IMG/VR virus record: IMGVR_UViG_2718218135_000001
Coordinates: 1 to 64,000 of that record
Origin: a virus
Taxonomy: Duplodnaviria; Heunggongvirae; Uroviricota; Caudoviricetes
Direction: 5' to 3' (one strand)
Length of the DNA: 64,000 nt
The notes under the pieces were generated by a model, which was not told where the DNA came from, did no database searches, and worked only from the letters and a program-made list of their open reading frames with translations. This document shows positions 14,464-24,156 of this stretch, in pieces. Position numbers and translations under genes: made by a program. Numbering within the stretch: the first letter of the stretch is position 1; every line of letters begins with the position of its first letter.

Positions 14464-14493
14464 AATGGTGGCCGAAGAGCCACCATTTTTTTT
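14464..14493 (+). terminator. rho-independent terminator
   Basis: aatggtggc-cgaaga-gccaccatt followed by a T-run of 7-8. Confidence 0.7.
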
Positions 14494-14568
14494 ACTCCCC
14501 TCCTAGCCTTACACACTTCTGACAGATAAACTTGTATAAAATAATAGGTATGCACTTACTTATCTTGT

Positions 14569-15684
14569 GTGAGGTTGATTTTGTCTATCCTACTGAATCG
14601 AGACTTTACGAACGGTCAGTTTGCCAGTGGTTCGTATGCCAAAGTGGTTGAAACGGTGCTCAACACTGGCGTTCACGCGGGTGATCGCACCGGAACCGGC
14701 ACAAAAAGTGTTTCATATGTCCCTTCCTACTACATGCTGACGGGCGGATCTGTTCCACTTATCTCCGGAAAAGCCGTCAATCTGAAGCCGTTACTGGTTG
14801 AGCTGGAGTGGTATCTCAAAGGAACAGGCAACATCCAGTTCCTGAAAGACAATGGCGTCAAAATCTGGGATGCCTGGGCCGATGAAAATGGCGATTTAGG
14901 CCCGGTCTATGGCAAGCAATGGCGTCGGTGGGAAGACACTCGCATCGTGAGCCATAGCGAGTATCTGCGCAAAATCGACACGTTCCGTGAGCGCGGGTAC
15001 AAGGTCGAGGGGTATCTGGGCGTAAGTGAAGATCGCGTTGTGTTGTCCCGTGAAATTGACCAGCTACAGCGTATCGTTGACACGCTTCGCACCAACCCTA
15101 CAGATCGTCGCATCCTGCTGAATGCCTGGAATGTTGGCGAACTGGAAGATATGAAGCTGCCGCCATGCCATTTCGTGTTTTCACTGTGGAGTCGCGAGCT
15201 GGACTTTGAGACCCGACTGACTATGGCCACCGACATTGGCATACAGCACAACCGCCACGGCCACGAGTCCATTTACACCCAGATGCTGTGTCTTCTGGAA
15301 AGAGATGGCGGCATTACTGAGAACATGCTGGACGAGCTGGGCATCCCGAAACGCATTCTGAACTCATGCCTGGTTCAACGCAGTGTCGATACCTTTGTTG
15401 GTATGCCGTTCAACATCGCCGGTTACGGCATTCTCACCCACTTCCTCGCGAAGATCACCGGCCACATGGCTGGCGCATTCGTGCATTTTGGCTTTGACGT
15501 TCATCTCTACGACAACCACATGGAAGGCGTTGAGGAACTGATGAAGCGCGAGCCGCCCAAAGAGTCCGACCCGGTTGTCATCTTCCCGCATGAATGGGCC
15601 GAACTGGACGACTTCAAATGGGAAGGTGTGCAGGTGTGCGGCTACAGCCCTCTTCCGTGGATCAAGGTTCCAGTGGCGGTGTGA
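14569..15684 (+). CDS. thyA: Thymidylate synthase (ThyA family) with two large insertions
   Basis: DRTGTGT, WDAWADENGDLGPVYGKQWR, LPPCH catalytic cysteine, PFNIAGY, HLY; 371 aa versus about 264 for canonical ThyA; GTG start. Confidence 0.8.
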   Translation: MRLILSILLNRDFTNGQFASGSYAKVVETVLNTGVHAGDRTGTGTKSVSYVPSYYMLTGGSVPLISGKAVNLKPLLVELEWYLKGTGNIQFLKDNGVKIWDAWADENGDLGPVYGKQWRRWEDTRIVSHSEYLRKIDTFRERGYKVEGYLGVSEDRVVLSREIDQLQRIVDTLRTNPTDRRILLNAWNVGELEDMKLPPCHFVFSLWSRELDFETRLTMATDIGIQHNRHGHESIYTQMLCLLERDGGITENMLDELGIPKRILNSCLVQRSVDTFVGMPFNIAGYGILTHFLAKITGHMAGAFVHFGFDVHLYDNHMEGVEELMKREPPKESDPVVIFPHEWAELDDFKWEGVQVCGYSPLPWIKVPVAV

Positions 15685-15685
15685 T

Positions 15686-16099
15686 ATGGCCAGAGGGATG
15701 TATGTGTTGTGTGAAATTGAAGGTGTGCTGGCGAGAGCCAGCCATCGCAAAGCAGTGCCTGATGCGGATGCAGGCGCTCTCATTGCCGGTGATGAACTCA
15801 TCTTTCCCACCAGCCGCATGTTGCGTGGTTTTGCTCGCTCCGGTGCTGAAGTGGTGCTTATCAGTAGTCGTCCGGAAGCGCTCGAAGGCCCAACCAAGCG
15901 CTGGCTGAAGGACTTCGGCATTGATTATGACTGGCTCCACCTGGTTCCGCGCGGTGTCAGTTTTGAAACCCATATCAAGCGCACGCTGGCAGAGCACAAA
16001 GGCGACTTACTTATCGCCGCACTGGTTCATGATCCGCGTCTGCGTTCTGCGCTGGCAGATTCTCACCAGCGACCAACCATCTATGAGGTAAGCCAATGA
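15686..16099 (+). CDS. hypothetical protein (HAD-like fold suspected)
   Basis: ATG 1 nt after the thyA stop; the position of the HAD DxD motif reads CEIEG, so no catalytic claim is made. Confidence 0.3.
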   Translation: MARGMYVLCEIEGVLARASHRKAVPDADAGALIAGDELIFPTSRMLRGFARSGAEVVLISSRPEALEGPTKRWLKDFGIDYDWLHLVPRGVSFETHIKRTLAEHKGDLLIAALVHDPRLRSALADSHQRPTIYEVSQ

Positions 16100-16572
16100 A
16101 GATGATTGCAGCTGTCGGCCGCAACTATGAAATCGGCATTGGCAACGAACTTCCCTGGCGTTGCCCGACCGATCTGAAACTGTTCAAACAACTCACCAAA
16201 AACGCCACTGTCGTGATGGGACGTAAGACGATGGAAAGTCTCAAACGCCCGCTGCCAGAGCGCCATAACCTCATTTTGACGCGCTCTCGTGGCTATATCC
16301 CCAATGGTTTCTACCCCGCTGGTATCGATGATGTATTGAGACTACCAGATCCTGTCTGGGTGATTGGTGGCGAGCAGATTTATTCGCTATTTCTGCCATA
16401 CGTAGAAGAGATCTGGCTATCGCATATTGGCGTGGATGTGCCGTGCGCGGATGCGTTCTTCCCGGCGCCAATGATGCGTTCTTTAGGGTTCGTACCAGTC
16501 GAAACGACTTATACCCAACGTGCAAATGAGGATGAGCCTGGCTTTTTGCAGATCGTATACAGAAGGTCGTAA
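16096..16572 (+). CDS. folA: Dihydrofolate reductase
   Basis: MIAAVGRNYEIGIGNELPW, VVMGRKT, VIGG motifs, about 158 aa; start overlaps the upstream stop (ATGA). Confidence 0.8.
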   Translation: MKMIAAVGRNYEIGIGNELPWRCPTDLKLFKQLTKNATVVMGRKTMESLKRPLPERHNLILTRSRGYIPNGFYPAGIDDVLRLPDPVWVIGGEQIYSLFLPYVEEIWLSHIGVDVPCADAFFPAPMMRSLGFVPVETTYTQRANEDEPGFLQIVYRRS

Positions 16573-17216
16573 TGGATTACCGGATTGGAATCACTGGCGC
16601 ACAGGGCAGTGGGAAAACAACCCTGGCAAGGTACATCGATGCGCACTATGGCATTCCGTATGTGGATGCCGGTGTTGGCAAGCTGATGAGCAGTCTGGGG
16701 GTGAAGGTTGGCGAGCGTTTGCCCCTTTACGAGCGTCTTCAGGTTCAGATGGAGATTGCCAGACACATCGAGATGATCACCCGCGGCGTTGAAGGTTTTG
16801 TCATCGACCGCACGCCAGCCGATGTCATGGCTTATACGCTTGACCTGGTCGGCCAGACCAACGAAGACCGCTGCATCGAGCTGGCTCTCGACATTGAGCA
16901 GTTTTGCCACAAAGCGGCCATTTCCAACTTTAATGCTATAGCGGGTCTTCGCCCGGGCGTTGATCTTTCCAGCAAAGATCTCGCGCGTCCCCAGCGAGGA
17001 TCGCTTGACCGTCTCTATGTTGCTCGCATCGATGCACTTATGTGTGGCGAGCTGACGAAAATTAGTGCCCTTCCCCATACCGGCGATTTGCAGGTTTTCA
17101 TTATCTCTGAAAAGTGCCGCACGGTTGAGGCGCGAGCCAGATCGGTATTGCGTGTGCTGGAAAGAGCCACTGAAAACATCGAGAGCCGTATAACAGGACG
17201 AGTGACCTTCCACTGA
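16572..17216 (+). CDS. P-loop kinase (deoxynucleoside monophosphate kinase-like)
   Basis: Walker A GAQGSGKTT near the N-terminus, about 214 aa, TAATG overlap with folA. Confidence 0.5.
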   Translation: MDYRIGITGAQGSGKTTLARYIDAHYGIPYVDAGVGKLMSSLGVKVGERLPLYERLQVQMEIARHIEMITRGVEGFVIDRTPADVMAYTLDLVGQTNEDRCIELALDIEQFCHKAAISNFNAIAGLRPGVDLSSKDLARPQRGSLDRLYVARIDALMCGELTKISALPHTGDLQVFIISEKCRTVEARARSVLRVLERATENIESRITGRVTFH

Positions 17217-17264
17217 ATGTTGTTCCCCTGTTGGGCAGTGTGACAATAAGACACGCGAAATGAA

Positions 17265-17699
17265 TTGAGGAAAAACAGAATGATAGATGAACTTCCCCTG
17301 TCGGATGAATTAGATCGCAAAGCGATTGAAGCACTGATCCGTATTGCTGACGAACAATCCCGTTCCTTAATGAGTGAACGTGAAGCACGTCTGGCTATCC
17401 GAGCAGTGTTTGAGTCCGTTCAAGGTCTTGTTGGGGAAGAGGTTGGTGAAGCCATTAATGCGGCGATGTCGCAATTCAATGGCGGCACCAAGCGCTCTCT
17501 GTTTCCTATGCATCTCAAACTCTCGGGCGGTACGGTTTTGTATGTGTCCGTTTGCCTGGAGACTAACCAAATCCAGCTCCTCAACACGTCAACGGGCGAA
17601 TGGCGTGAGCCGGTCGTCTGCGAAAGCGGCGAGGACGCACTAAAAAAGGCTGCTCAGTTTGTGCGTGGCGCACTGCTGAAAGGCGCGAAGAAGCTGTAA
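17265..17699 (+). CDS. hypothetical protein
   Basis: 144 aa ORF in the operon, no motif recognised. Confidence 0.45.
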   Translation: MRKNRMIDELPLSDELDRKAIEALIRIADEQSRSLMSEREARLAIRAVFESVQGLVGEEVGEAINAAMSQFNGGTKRSLFPMHLKLSGGTVLYVSVCLETNQIQLLNTSTGEWREPVVCESGEDALKKAAQFVRGALLKGAKKL

Positions 17700-17708
17700 G
17701 GAGTACCA

Positions 17709-18263
17709 ATGACCACGATTGTCGGTGGCGTCGATATTGAGTCCACGGGGCTGGACTTCACATCCGGCCACAAAATTATCGAAATCGCGATATCTCGTTA
17801 TGAACTGGAAACCCAGAAGCGCATTGACAGCCTTGAGATGCGCTTCAACCCGCGTCGTAGCATCGATCCGAAGGCGCAGGCTGTACATGGTATATCTCTG
17901 GAAGAACTGGCTGCTGAACCGCTGTTGGCTGATCACGCAGGTAAGATTGCTGCATATATGGGGGCATGTAGCGCGTTAGTCGCCCATAACGGGGAGGCTT
18001 TTGACCTTCCGTTCATTCGCCACGAGTTCGGAAGCTATGGAGTGAAATTGCCAGAAATCCCTCTGGTTGACACTCTATTTTCCCTGTGGGCTACCGAGGA
18101 TGGGAAGCGCCCACGCCTGGAAGAGCTGGCATTCTCACTTGGGTTCACTTACGACCGTGAGAAAGCCCACAGTGCTCTCTACGATACTGATCTGATGATG
18201 CAGTGTTTCTTCAAAGCCCGAGAGAAATACGGCTTCTTCAAACTCCCATTCGAAAGCGCCTGA
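17709..18263 (+). CDS. DnaQ-like 3'-5' exonuclease (DEDDh)
   Basis: Exo I DIESTG, Exo II HNGEAFDLPF, Exo III HSALYD. Confidence 0.75.
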   Translation: MTTIVGGVDIESTGLDFTSGHKIIEIAISRYELETQKRIDSLEMRFNPRRSIDPKAQAVHGISLEELAAEPLLADHAGKIAAYMGACSALVAHNGEAFDLPFIRHEFGSYGVKLPEIPLVDTLFSLWATEDGKRPRLEELAFSLGFTYDREKAHSALYDTDLMMQCFFKAREKYGFFKLPFESA

Positions 18264-18279
18264 TGGCGCTTTTTCTTTG
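18253..18279 (+). terminator. rho-independent terminator
   Basis: aaagcgcc-tgat-ggcgcttt followed by a T-run. Confidence 0.6.
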
Positions 18280-18391
18280 TCTCCAGTTCCTTTAACTGCC
18301 TGTAGTTATGACTTTTCTGCCTGATAGGTTTTGCCAGAATAAGCTCAACCAAAACGCGGAAATGCACCAACGAAAACATAAGGAGTTAAAA

Positions 18392-19264
18392 ATGAGCGCA
18401 GTTTCAAACATTGTTAAAAACGATGACCTGGATGAATTGACTGCAATGCTGCAATCTCTCGACGAACCGGTTCAGAAAGCTGCAAAAATGAGCGGTGTCG
18501 ACGAGATCGACGATCTTCTTTCTGGTCTGGATGATGCAATCGCAAAACCAGTCGAGGCGGTGGCAGATGAAGTCATGAATGTCAGCTCTACCGGCGATCT
18601 GAGTGGCGTTCTGGAAGAGCTTGAGATTGCACACGAATCGGTGAAGGTCGAGGAGCCAGAGCGTGGCCCTATTGCGGAGATAGTGGACGAGCCAACACCT
18701 GAACTTGATGCTCGAAGCGCTGAGACCACCGATATAGCTCCAACGCTTTTACCTTCAGTGGAGTCTGGGCCTAAACCTGAAGAAGAGCAGCCAAAACACC
18801 AGAAGGCACAATCAAAGCGTGCGCCGACCAAACCTCGCTTCACGCTGGAGGGTAAGGATGAATCGTTCTATGTGACAGCCGGTCTGGATAGTGAGCGCTT
18901 TACTGCCGCATTCGAAGGCGCGCCGGTCAAAGCGAAAGACAAAATCTTAAACCTCCTGAACTGGTTTAGTGGTGGCCCGGAAATCAGCGTCTACACGGTA
19001 ATCGCAATGCGCCATATTCTTGATACGAACACGGCGACCAGCAATAGCATTAAACTGGCGCTAATGAGCTACCCGGAGAAACCATATCCACTTAACACGG
19101 CTTCGACTCAGGCTGGCCAGATGATGGCTGTGTTTCCGGCCACAGGCATTGCCACCAGAGAAGGTGGAAATCTAACGCTTAATAAAGAGTCGCCGATCGT
19201 CAAAAAATTCATAGCGGAGTATTCCATTGAACAATGTTCCTCTGCACGATCTAAAGCACCCTGA
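18392..19264 (+). CDS. acidic hypothetical protein
   Basis: Internal ATG of ORF 18308..19264 with RBS aaggag; D/E-rich N-terminal half. Confidence 0.45.
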   Translation: MSAVSNIVKNDDLDELTAMLQSLDEPVQKAAKMSGVDEIDDLLSGLDDAIAKPVEAVADEVMNVSSTGDLSGVLEELEIAHESVKVEEPERGPIAEIVDEPTPELDARSAETTDIAPTLLPSVESGPKPEEEQPKHQKAQSKRAPTKPRFTLEGKDESFYVTAGLDSERFTAAFEGAPVKAKDKILNLLNWFSGGPEISVYTVIAMRHILDTNTATSNSIKLALMSYPEKPYPLNTASTQAGQMMAVFPATGIATREGGNLTLNKESPIVKKFIAEYSIEQCSSARSKAP

Positions 19265-19310
19265 GAGCTTTAGGACGCTGGGTAAGCTCATTGCATACCC
19301 AGCATCGATA

Positions 19311-19362
19311 AAACGCGCCAGAGAGCTTCCCGTTTGCGAATCTGGCGCGTTCTTCTTTGTTT
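19311..19362 (+). terminator. rho-independent terminator
   Basis: aacgcgccaga...tctggcgcgtt long hairpin followed by cttctttgtttg. Confidence 0.5.
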
Positions 19363-19388
19363 GCTATCCGTTGGATTAAATGAAAAAA

Positions 19389-19406
19389 TAGGTAAGTATT
19401 TACCTA
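19389..19406. promoter_or_regulatory. Copy of the dispersed 18 bp palindrome TAGGTAAGTA(T/C)TTACCTA, 14 bp upstream of the methyltransferase ATG
   Basis: taggtaagtatttaccta; same motif recurs at a dozen or more intergenic sites. Confidence 0.45.
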
Positions 19407-19419
19407 TCAGAGTAAAGTA

Positions 19420-20013
19420 ATGATCGCAGCCGAAAAAATCAAAAAGCGAGAGCGTGATGCCTCTCTTCGCGGCCTTTGGCGCACACCGCAGTGGTTGTTT
19501 GTCGCCATCCAACGTTACATAGGCGTAAAGTTCGATGTGGACGTCGCCTGCAACAAAGATAATGCTCTCCTGCCGAACTTTATCGGTGTTGAGCGTGATG
19601 CGCTCAAGTGCAGTTGGGGAGAACCTGGCACTGTGGTGTTCCTTAACCCGCCCTACTCCAAAATCACCCCCTGGATAGATGCAGCCATTCGCGAGCAGGC
19701 GCGTGGAGTGACGACGGTCATGCTGATACCACAATCCCTCGATACGCAGTGGTACGAGCGTGCGGCTGAATGCGCCAACGAAACCGTCATCTTGTCTGGC
19801 GGCCGCGTGGCGTTCGTTGAGCCGGATGTTGAACTTGGGCTGGTGGAGGTGAACATCAACCCTGGTGGCAGCATGTTGCTTATCTTCCGTGGCTACTGTC
19901 AGGAAGCTGGGCACACCATCAGCAAGATACCGCTGGCGGTGATGAAAAAGCTGGGTGGTTATGACCCTGCCAATGTAGTCAGGAAGAAGAGACCACGTAA
20001 AAAGGCAGCGTAA
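19420..20013 (+). CDS. DNA N6-adenine methyltransferase (phage Dam family)
   Basis: Catalytic FLNPPYS motif; about 197 aa. Confidence 0.65.
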   Translation: MIAAEKIKKRERDASLRGLWRTPQWLFVAIQRYIGVKFDVDVACNKDNALLPNFIGVERDALKCSWGEPGTVVFLNPPYSKITPWIDAAIREQARGVTTVMLIPQSLDTQWYERAAECANETVILSGGRVAFVEPDVELGLVEVNINPGGSMLLIFRGYCQEAGHTISKIPLAVMKKLGGYDPANVVRKKRPRKKAA

Positions 20014-20017
20014 ACAC

Positions 20018-20133
20018 CAGTCTGGGAGTTAGTTTGAGAACCTGCTTCCGTATATATAAATAACTAAGTACTAATTATTAATATATACAGACGCAGGCTT
20101 TTTAAGAAGTGATTTCCAAACAACTCCCAGACC
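20018..20133. repeat. ~115 bp nested imperfect palindrome (paralogue of 45534-45630)
   Basis: Outer arms agtctgggagtt / aactcccagacc, inner arms aacctgcttccgtatatat / atatatacagacgcaggctt, centre ctaagtactaa. Confidence 0.6.
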
Positions 20134-20215
20134 GTTTTACACCTCCAGAACCCACTGGAACCCCTCTCCAGACGCTCTAGAATCGATTTTATGAACCACA
20201 GTAAGGAAAACTATC

Positions 20216-20446
20216 ATGGTATACCCGACGAACGTCGTAGCGCTCGTTGAGAGCGATTTTCTGGCCACAGTGCGCGACATGATGAAAGATCGCGATAAGG
20301 CTTTCAGTCTCTACGAATGGTCGCTCAAATGTCTTCATTCAGGCGAGCACAAAGAGCTGGTGGAGCAGCTGTTAGGGGAACTCATCAATGAGGTGTTTGC
20401 CCTGAACGTCCAGCTTCATGGGCGAGAAATTAATCAATCAATATAA
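20216..20446 (+). CDS. hypothetical protein
   Basis: 76 aa ORF with RBS aaggaaa; followed by a palindrome copy at 20447-20464. Confidence 0.45.
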   Translation: MVYPTNVVALVESDFLATVRDMMKDRDKAFSLYEWSLKCLHSGEHKELVEQLLGELINEVFALNVQLHGREINQSI

Positions 20447-21160
20447 TAGGTAAGTACTTACCATTCAAAACACCACTAACCAGTGATACAATCTATCCGC
20501 TTCCGGATACTTTCGGCAGCTCGACCTGATGGGTGGGGGACAGCGTCACTGGCGTCAGGTTTAAAAAAGCTCACTACCAGCGTAGAACCGGCACCGTTTA
20601 GGGGTTGGGGAAGGGGGAACCAAAGTGGGCAGAGAGAAGGGTCACTTTATGATTGTCGAGTCTGGAGTGTTTCGAGAGGTTGAATCCAGTACTCCCCTTC
20701 ATAAAGTGTGGGAAGATCTCGGTTCTGGGGTGCTGTCATCCATAACTTCCCAAGCCTAAGCTGGCAGTAGACTTAGGTCATAACTTTTCAGGTTATGAAA
20801 CGACCAGGTTGGTGAGGAAATTTTGTACTCACCTCCCTGGGAGAGTATTACCTGAAAAGACAACCTCTCACTTCGTTCGAGGTGAACTTCACTCACTTCG
20901 TTCGTTCAGTTCAGGTTTTATTAAAACCTGTTCTGGGAAGTAAGTTTTTCTTTTCTAAAAAATTTTTAATATTTACACGCACGCGTACGCGCACAAGCGA
21001 GGGAAAAAAACCTCCCCTTGTAATGTCCTCAATGTGCCAAAAGCGGCCTGTCATGCCTGCTTAAAAGACGGATTTAGCGTAGGATATTTTCCGTCTTCCA
21101 GGCGGGCCCCCACTACGATGACACAAAAGGAATTTTGGATTTAAATATCAAGGGGATCAA

Positions 21161-21337
21161 ATGCCTGATCACGTATTCTCCGGCACAGCATTCAACGTTG
21201 ATGCAGCGGTTCGTTTATTATGGAGTGACGAAAAATGGGGCTTTGTGGATGAGGCCTTTGAGATTACGAATGTAGTGTCTGATATTGATGATGATGGGTA
21301 CGACGAAACTTGGTTTGAAGAAGCTGAAAACATTTAA
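21161..21337 (+). CDS. small acidic hypothetical protein (58 aa)
   Basis: ATG after aagggga, read by eye (below ORF-track cut-off); followed by a gtaggcctgtac...gtacaggcctac hairpin. Confidence 0.3.
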   Translation: MPDHVFSGTAFNVDAAVRLLWSDEKWGFVDEAFEITNVVSDIDDDGYDETWFEEAENI

Positions 21338-21455
21338 TAACAGTAAGTAGGCCTGTACCTAGTACAGGCCTACCATTAAGTATTTTCTGGTCGCCAAAAG
21401 CGCTCAAGAACTCCATCAGGCGAAAACAAAAAACAACGCCGGATCGGGTCTGCGC

Positions 21456-22004
21456 TTACTTTAAGTTACACCCTGCCCGGAAGGCGTTACCAATCTCAAT
21501 ATATTCAGCTCGCGCATAGCCAGCAAGCTTCTGCGCTTCGCTGTTAAATTTGATCTGATCACTGGAACATTTTGACGGTGTAGCCTGATAACCGCGCTGG
21601 CACATGTTTACGATGACCGACGGATCCGCAAATTGTGAGCGCTGGGCATAGGCATTACACACTGCTGATACCCTAGCTTGCTTCTGTCGGGTACTCAGTT
21701 CTGGGGCTGCGGCTGTGGTCGCTGACCTCACCTTGTAGCAATTCAGGTGACGAGAGGCGATCTCCTGCTCTGTTGCCTTATGGAATATCCATTTGTCCTG
21801 GTATTCCGGTCTGTTCGGCCCCATGCCACCCAGTTCTATCGCAGCAGAATACTCAGTATTACAAAGGCGCAGATCGTCATATTTCGCCACCTCTGCTGCT
21901 GCCAGAGCTGTTCTATCCGGCTGCGGTGTTGCGTGTAGTTGGCTGACACAGCCCGCCAGCATAAAGCCAACAGCAAGTGCCAGCGTAGTTTTTAAAATCG
22001 GCAC
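21456..22004 (-). CDS. putative lipoprotein
   Basis: Lipoprotein-type signal sequence MPILKTTLALAVGFMLAGC. Confidence 0.5.
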   Translation of the reverse strand: MPILKTTLALAVGFMLAGCVSQLHATPQPDRTALAAAEVAKYDDLRLCNTEYSAAIELGGMGPNRPEYQDKWIFHKATEQEIASRHLNCYKVRSATTAAAPELSTRQKQARVSAVCNAYAQRSQFADPSVIVNMCQRGYQATPSKCSSDQIKFNSEAQKLAGYARAEYIEIGNAFRAGCNLK

Positions 22005-22018
22005 TAATCGACTCCGTT

Positions 22019-22339
22019 TTAGGTCTTGTCTTTTGGAGGCATGCTGATGAATTCTAGGTATTCCATTTCCGACTCATCGTGGTTCAAGAAAATTGACACG
22101 GGTAGTTCAGGAAAGCGATCCCACTCGTGGTGCATACCGTCCAGGAAACAGAGTTGCTCTTCTGTCACGACCTTTGGGAAAGGCCATTTATCCTACATCC
22201 CGTAGTTACACGCGAAAATAAACGCCTCAGTTGGCTTGTCTTCCTGTGATTTCGGTTCGTCGTAATCGCTGAAAGAGAAATCACCACGCACCTCACGTGA
22301 ATATCCATTCTTCAACTGCCAGTTAACATCTGAACCCAT
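22019..22339 (-). pseudogene. small gene interrupted by an in-frame amber codon
   Basis: Minus frame reads MGSDVNWQLKNGYSREVRGDFSFSDYDEPKSQEDKPTEAFIFACNYGM-TAG-DKWPFPKVVTEEQLCFLDGMHHEWDRFPELPVSIFLNHDESEMEYLEFISMPPKDKT; TAG at 22193-22195. Confidence 0.3.
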
Positions 22340-22741
22340 ACATACCTCACAGATTGGGGTCAGTTTGGATATCGAAAATTATTGTACGTTAAGTAAGAGG
22401 GCTTGTGAACTGCTCCCTGTTGATTAACACGCCACAATGCTAGTAATGCGGCTATCTGGCTACGAGATTAACTGCGAACTTCCGCTCATCGCTCAAAGCC
22501 GACTTAGCGTGTGACCGCCTGGCTAAGATCACCGCCTACTCCGCAGCAGATATGCCTCACAAGCGTGACATTCGATTTTTGTCACAAAATAATAAGTAAG
22601 TATTTACCTACCATTTTAAATCAGGTATCTTATCGCTTGTAAGGATGACGAAGTACCGGTTAGGTACTGTTCCAGGATGGAACGCCAAAAGGCGGCTGGC
22701 TTGGCCAGCCGCAACTCTTTCTGACACTGAATGGAATCCAA

Positions 22742-23248
22742 ATGGCACGTCAAACGCCTTTCACTTCTTTCAATAAACGTCCCCGTTCAATTCGCCTGGT
22801 TCTGGCCGAGCTGTTTAGCGGTCGTGTTTCTGCACGCCTTGCGGAACTGGAAGAACGAGTGTTTGAGCTGGAGAAGCGCATTGATGCGCAAGCTACCGCC
22901 ATAGCAAATCTGGGCGCGACAGTAGGCATGGAGAAGGTGCGTGATTCCGTCGCCTCTCGTGTGTTGCGTGAATCCCGGGCACACAAGGAAAGTTCTCATG
23001 GAAAATTTTCAACGAAATCGACTGAAGCCAATGGCCTACGGAGTAATTTTAGCAACCCTGGCAGCGGTAGCCGTGCCAGCCGGTCAGAGTCTGTTGATAC
23101 CGGACACAACTACTTCCACCACAACCTCGCAGACGACCCCCTGCCAGAACGACCTCCTGTCTCTCTGGATGGGATGCTGCTGGACACGATTCCAGCTCGA
23201 CCTGCAACTCCGGATCTTCCTTCTGCTGTGACTGAGGCTATTGCATGA
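22742..23248 (+). CDS. hypothetical protein
   Basis: 168 aa ORF, coiled-coil-like N-terminus. Confidence 0.45.
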   Translation: MARQTPFTSFNKRPRSIRLVLAELFSGRVSARLAELEERVFELEKRIDAQATAIANLGATVGMEKVRDSVASRVLRESRAHKESSHGKFSTKSTEANGLRSNFSNPGSGSRASRSESVDTGHNYFHHNLADDPLPERPPVSLDGMLLDTIPARPATPDLPSAVTEAIA

Positions 23249-23433
23249 AATTGAGCTTCCAGAAAGTCACCGTCATGATTGTTGGCCTCGCCATTTTTCT
23301 GCTTGGTGGCTGGATCATGAATCTGGTGAAACTCGTGAACGGTGGCGATCTTCATTTTGATGCCGGAATGACACTTGCGCGTGTCGTGGGCATTTTCGTT
23401 GTTCCGGTGGGCAGCATTCTCGGATTTTTTTAA
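23245..23433 (+). CDS. small membrane protein (two predicted TM helices)
   Basis: 62 aa, hydrophobic stretches VTVMIVGLAIFLLGGWI and VVGIFVVPVGSILGFF; overlaps upstream stop. Confidence 0.4.
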   Translation: MKLSFQKVTVMIVGLAIFLLGGWIMNLVKLVNGGDLHFDAGMTLARVVGIFVVPVGSILGFF

Positions 23434-23550
23434 CAATTAATACCTTCAGTGTGGGCGTCCGCCTTTACGTAGCGTTTGCCCACCTTTTCAGTCACGCCAC
23501 AATAACGCCATCGAGAAAACAACTTGTTTAAAAACATAAGGAAAAAACAC

Positions 23551-24123
23551 ATGTGCGAAAAATGCAAAAAAAATAATGCCAAAGTTGAAAGCGTGATTAA
23601 AAAAGTTGGAGCGGCCGAACTGGTTGAGATTATGAGTCTTGTGGTTGGTCACGAAGATGACGCCTCCCCTATCGACCGCCTTTTCAGCGTTCTCAAGTTC
23701 TCAAGCATGATTGATGATCCGATTGAAATTGTGATGCTGGCGCGTCATTTCGGCGAAGCGTATCTGGAAGAGAAAGAACGCGCCGACAAACTTCAGGCAA
23801 CTCTGGAAATGGTAAGCAAGCCGAAGTGCTCACCGGATTCAGTCAAGGCAGATGAAACCAACGCCAGCAAAGATCGTGAAATCGCCGGGTTGAAGTCTTC
23901 TCTGGCGATGTTGCTGGCCGCCTTCAAACTGATGTCTTCCCAGGCTGGATTCAAAATGCCTGAGCTGAACAGCGACGATCCGATGGCCGTTCGCCAGCTG
24001 CTGGGGGCAATGGCCGACCAGCTTGACGACACCAAGAGCCGTCTTGAAGACATGATGCGCGAGCTGACCCATCGCCACGACCTGAACAAACAGCCGCAAA
24101 AGATGCAGCCTTTACATCATTAA
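23551..24123 (+). CDS. hypothetical protein
   Basis: ATG preceded by aaggaaaaaa; the track start at 23524 is a TTG inside the upstream palindrome and is rejected. Confidence 0.5.
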   Translation: MCEKCKKNNAKVESVIKKVGAAELVEIMSLVVGHEDDASPIDRLFSVLKFSSMIDDPIEIVMLARHFGEAYLEEKERADKLQATLEMVSKPKCSPDSVKADETNASKDREIAGLKSSLAMLLAAFKLMSSQAGFKMPELNSDDPMAVRQLLGAMADQLDDTKSRLEDMMRELTHRHDLNKQPQKMQPLHH

Positions 24124-24125
24124 TA

Positions 24126-24156
24126 TATAGGGGGCAAAGCCCCCTATTCTACTTTG
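24126..24156. terminator. bidirectional hairpin terminator
   Basis: atagggggc-aaa-gccccctat between convergent genes. Confidence 0.55.

Noticed and set aside
20483-20683. 66 aa ORF in the non-coding stretch
   Set aside because: Glycine/arginine-rich low-complexity translation, no RBS.
20620-20700. Possible tRNA suggested by ggttgaatcc near 20670
   Set aside because: No complementary T-stem, acceptor stem or anticodon arm could be built around it by eye; a tRNA scan would settle it.
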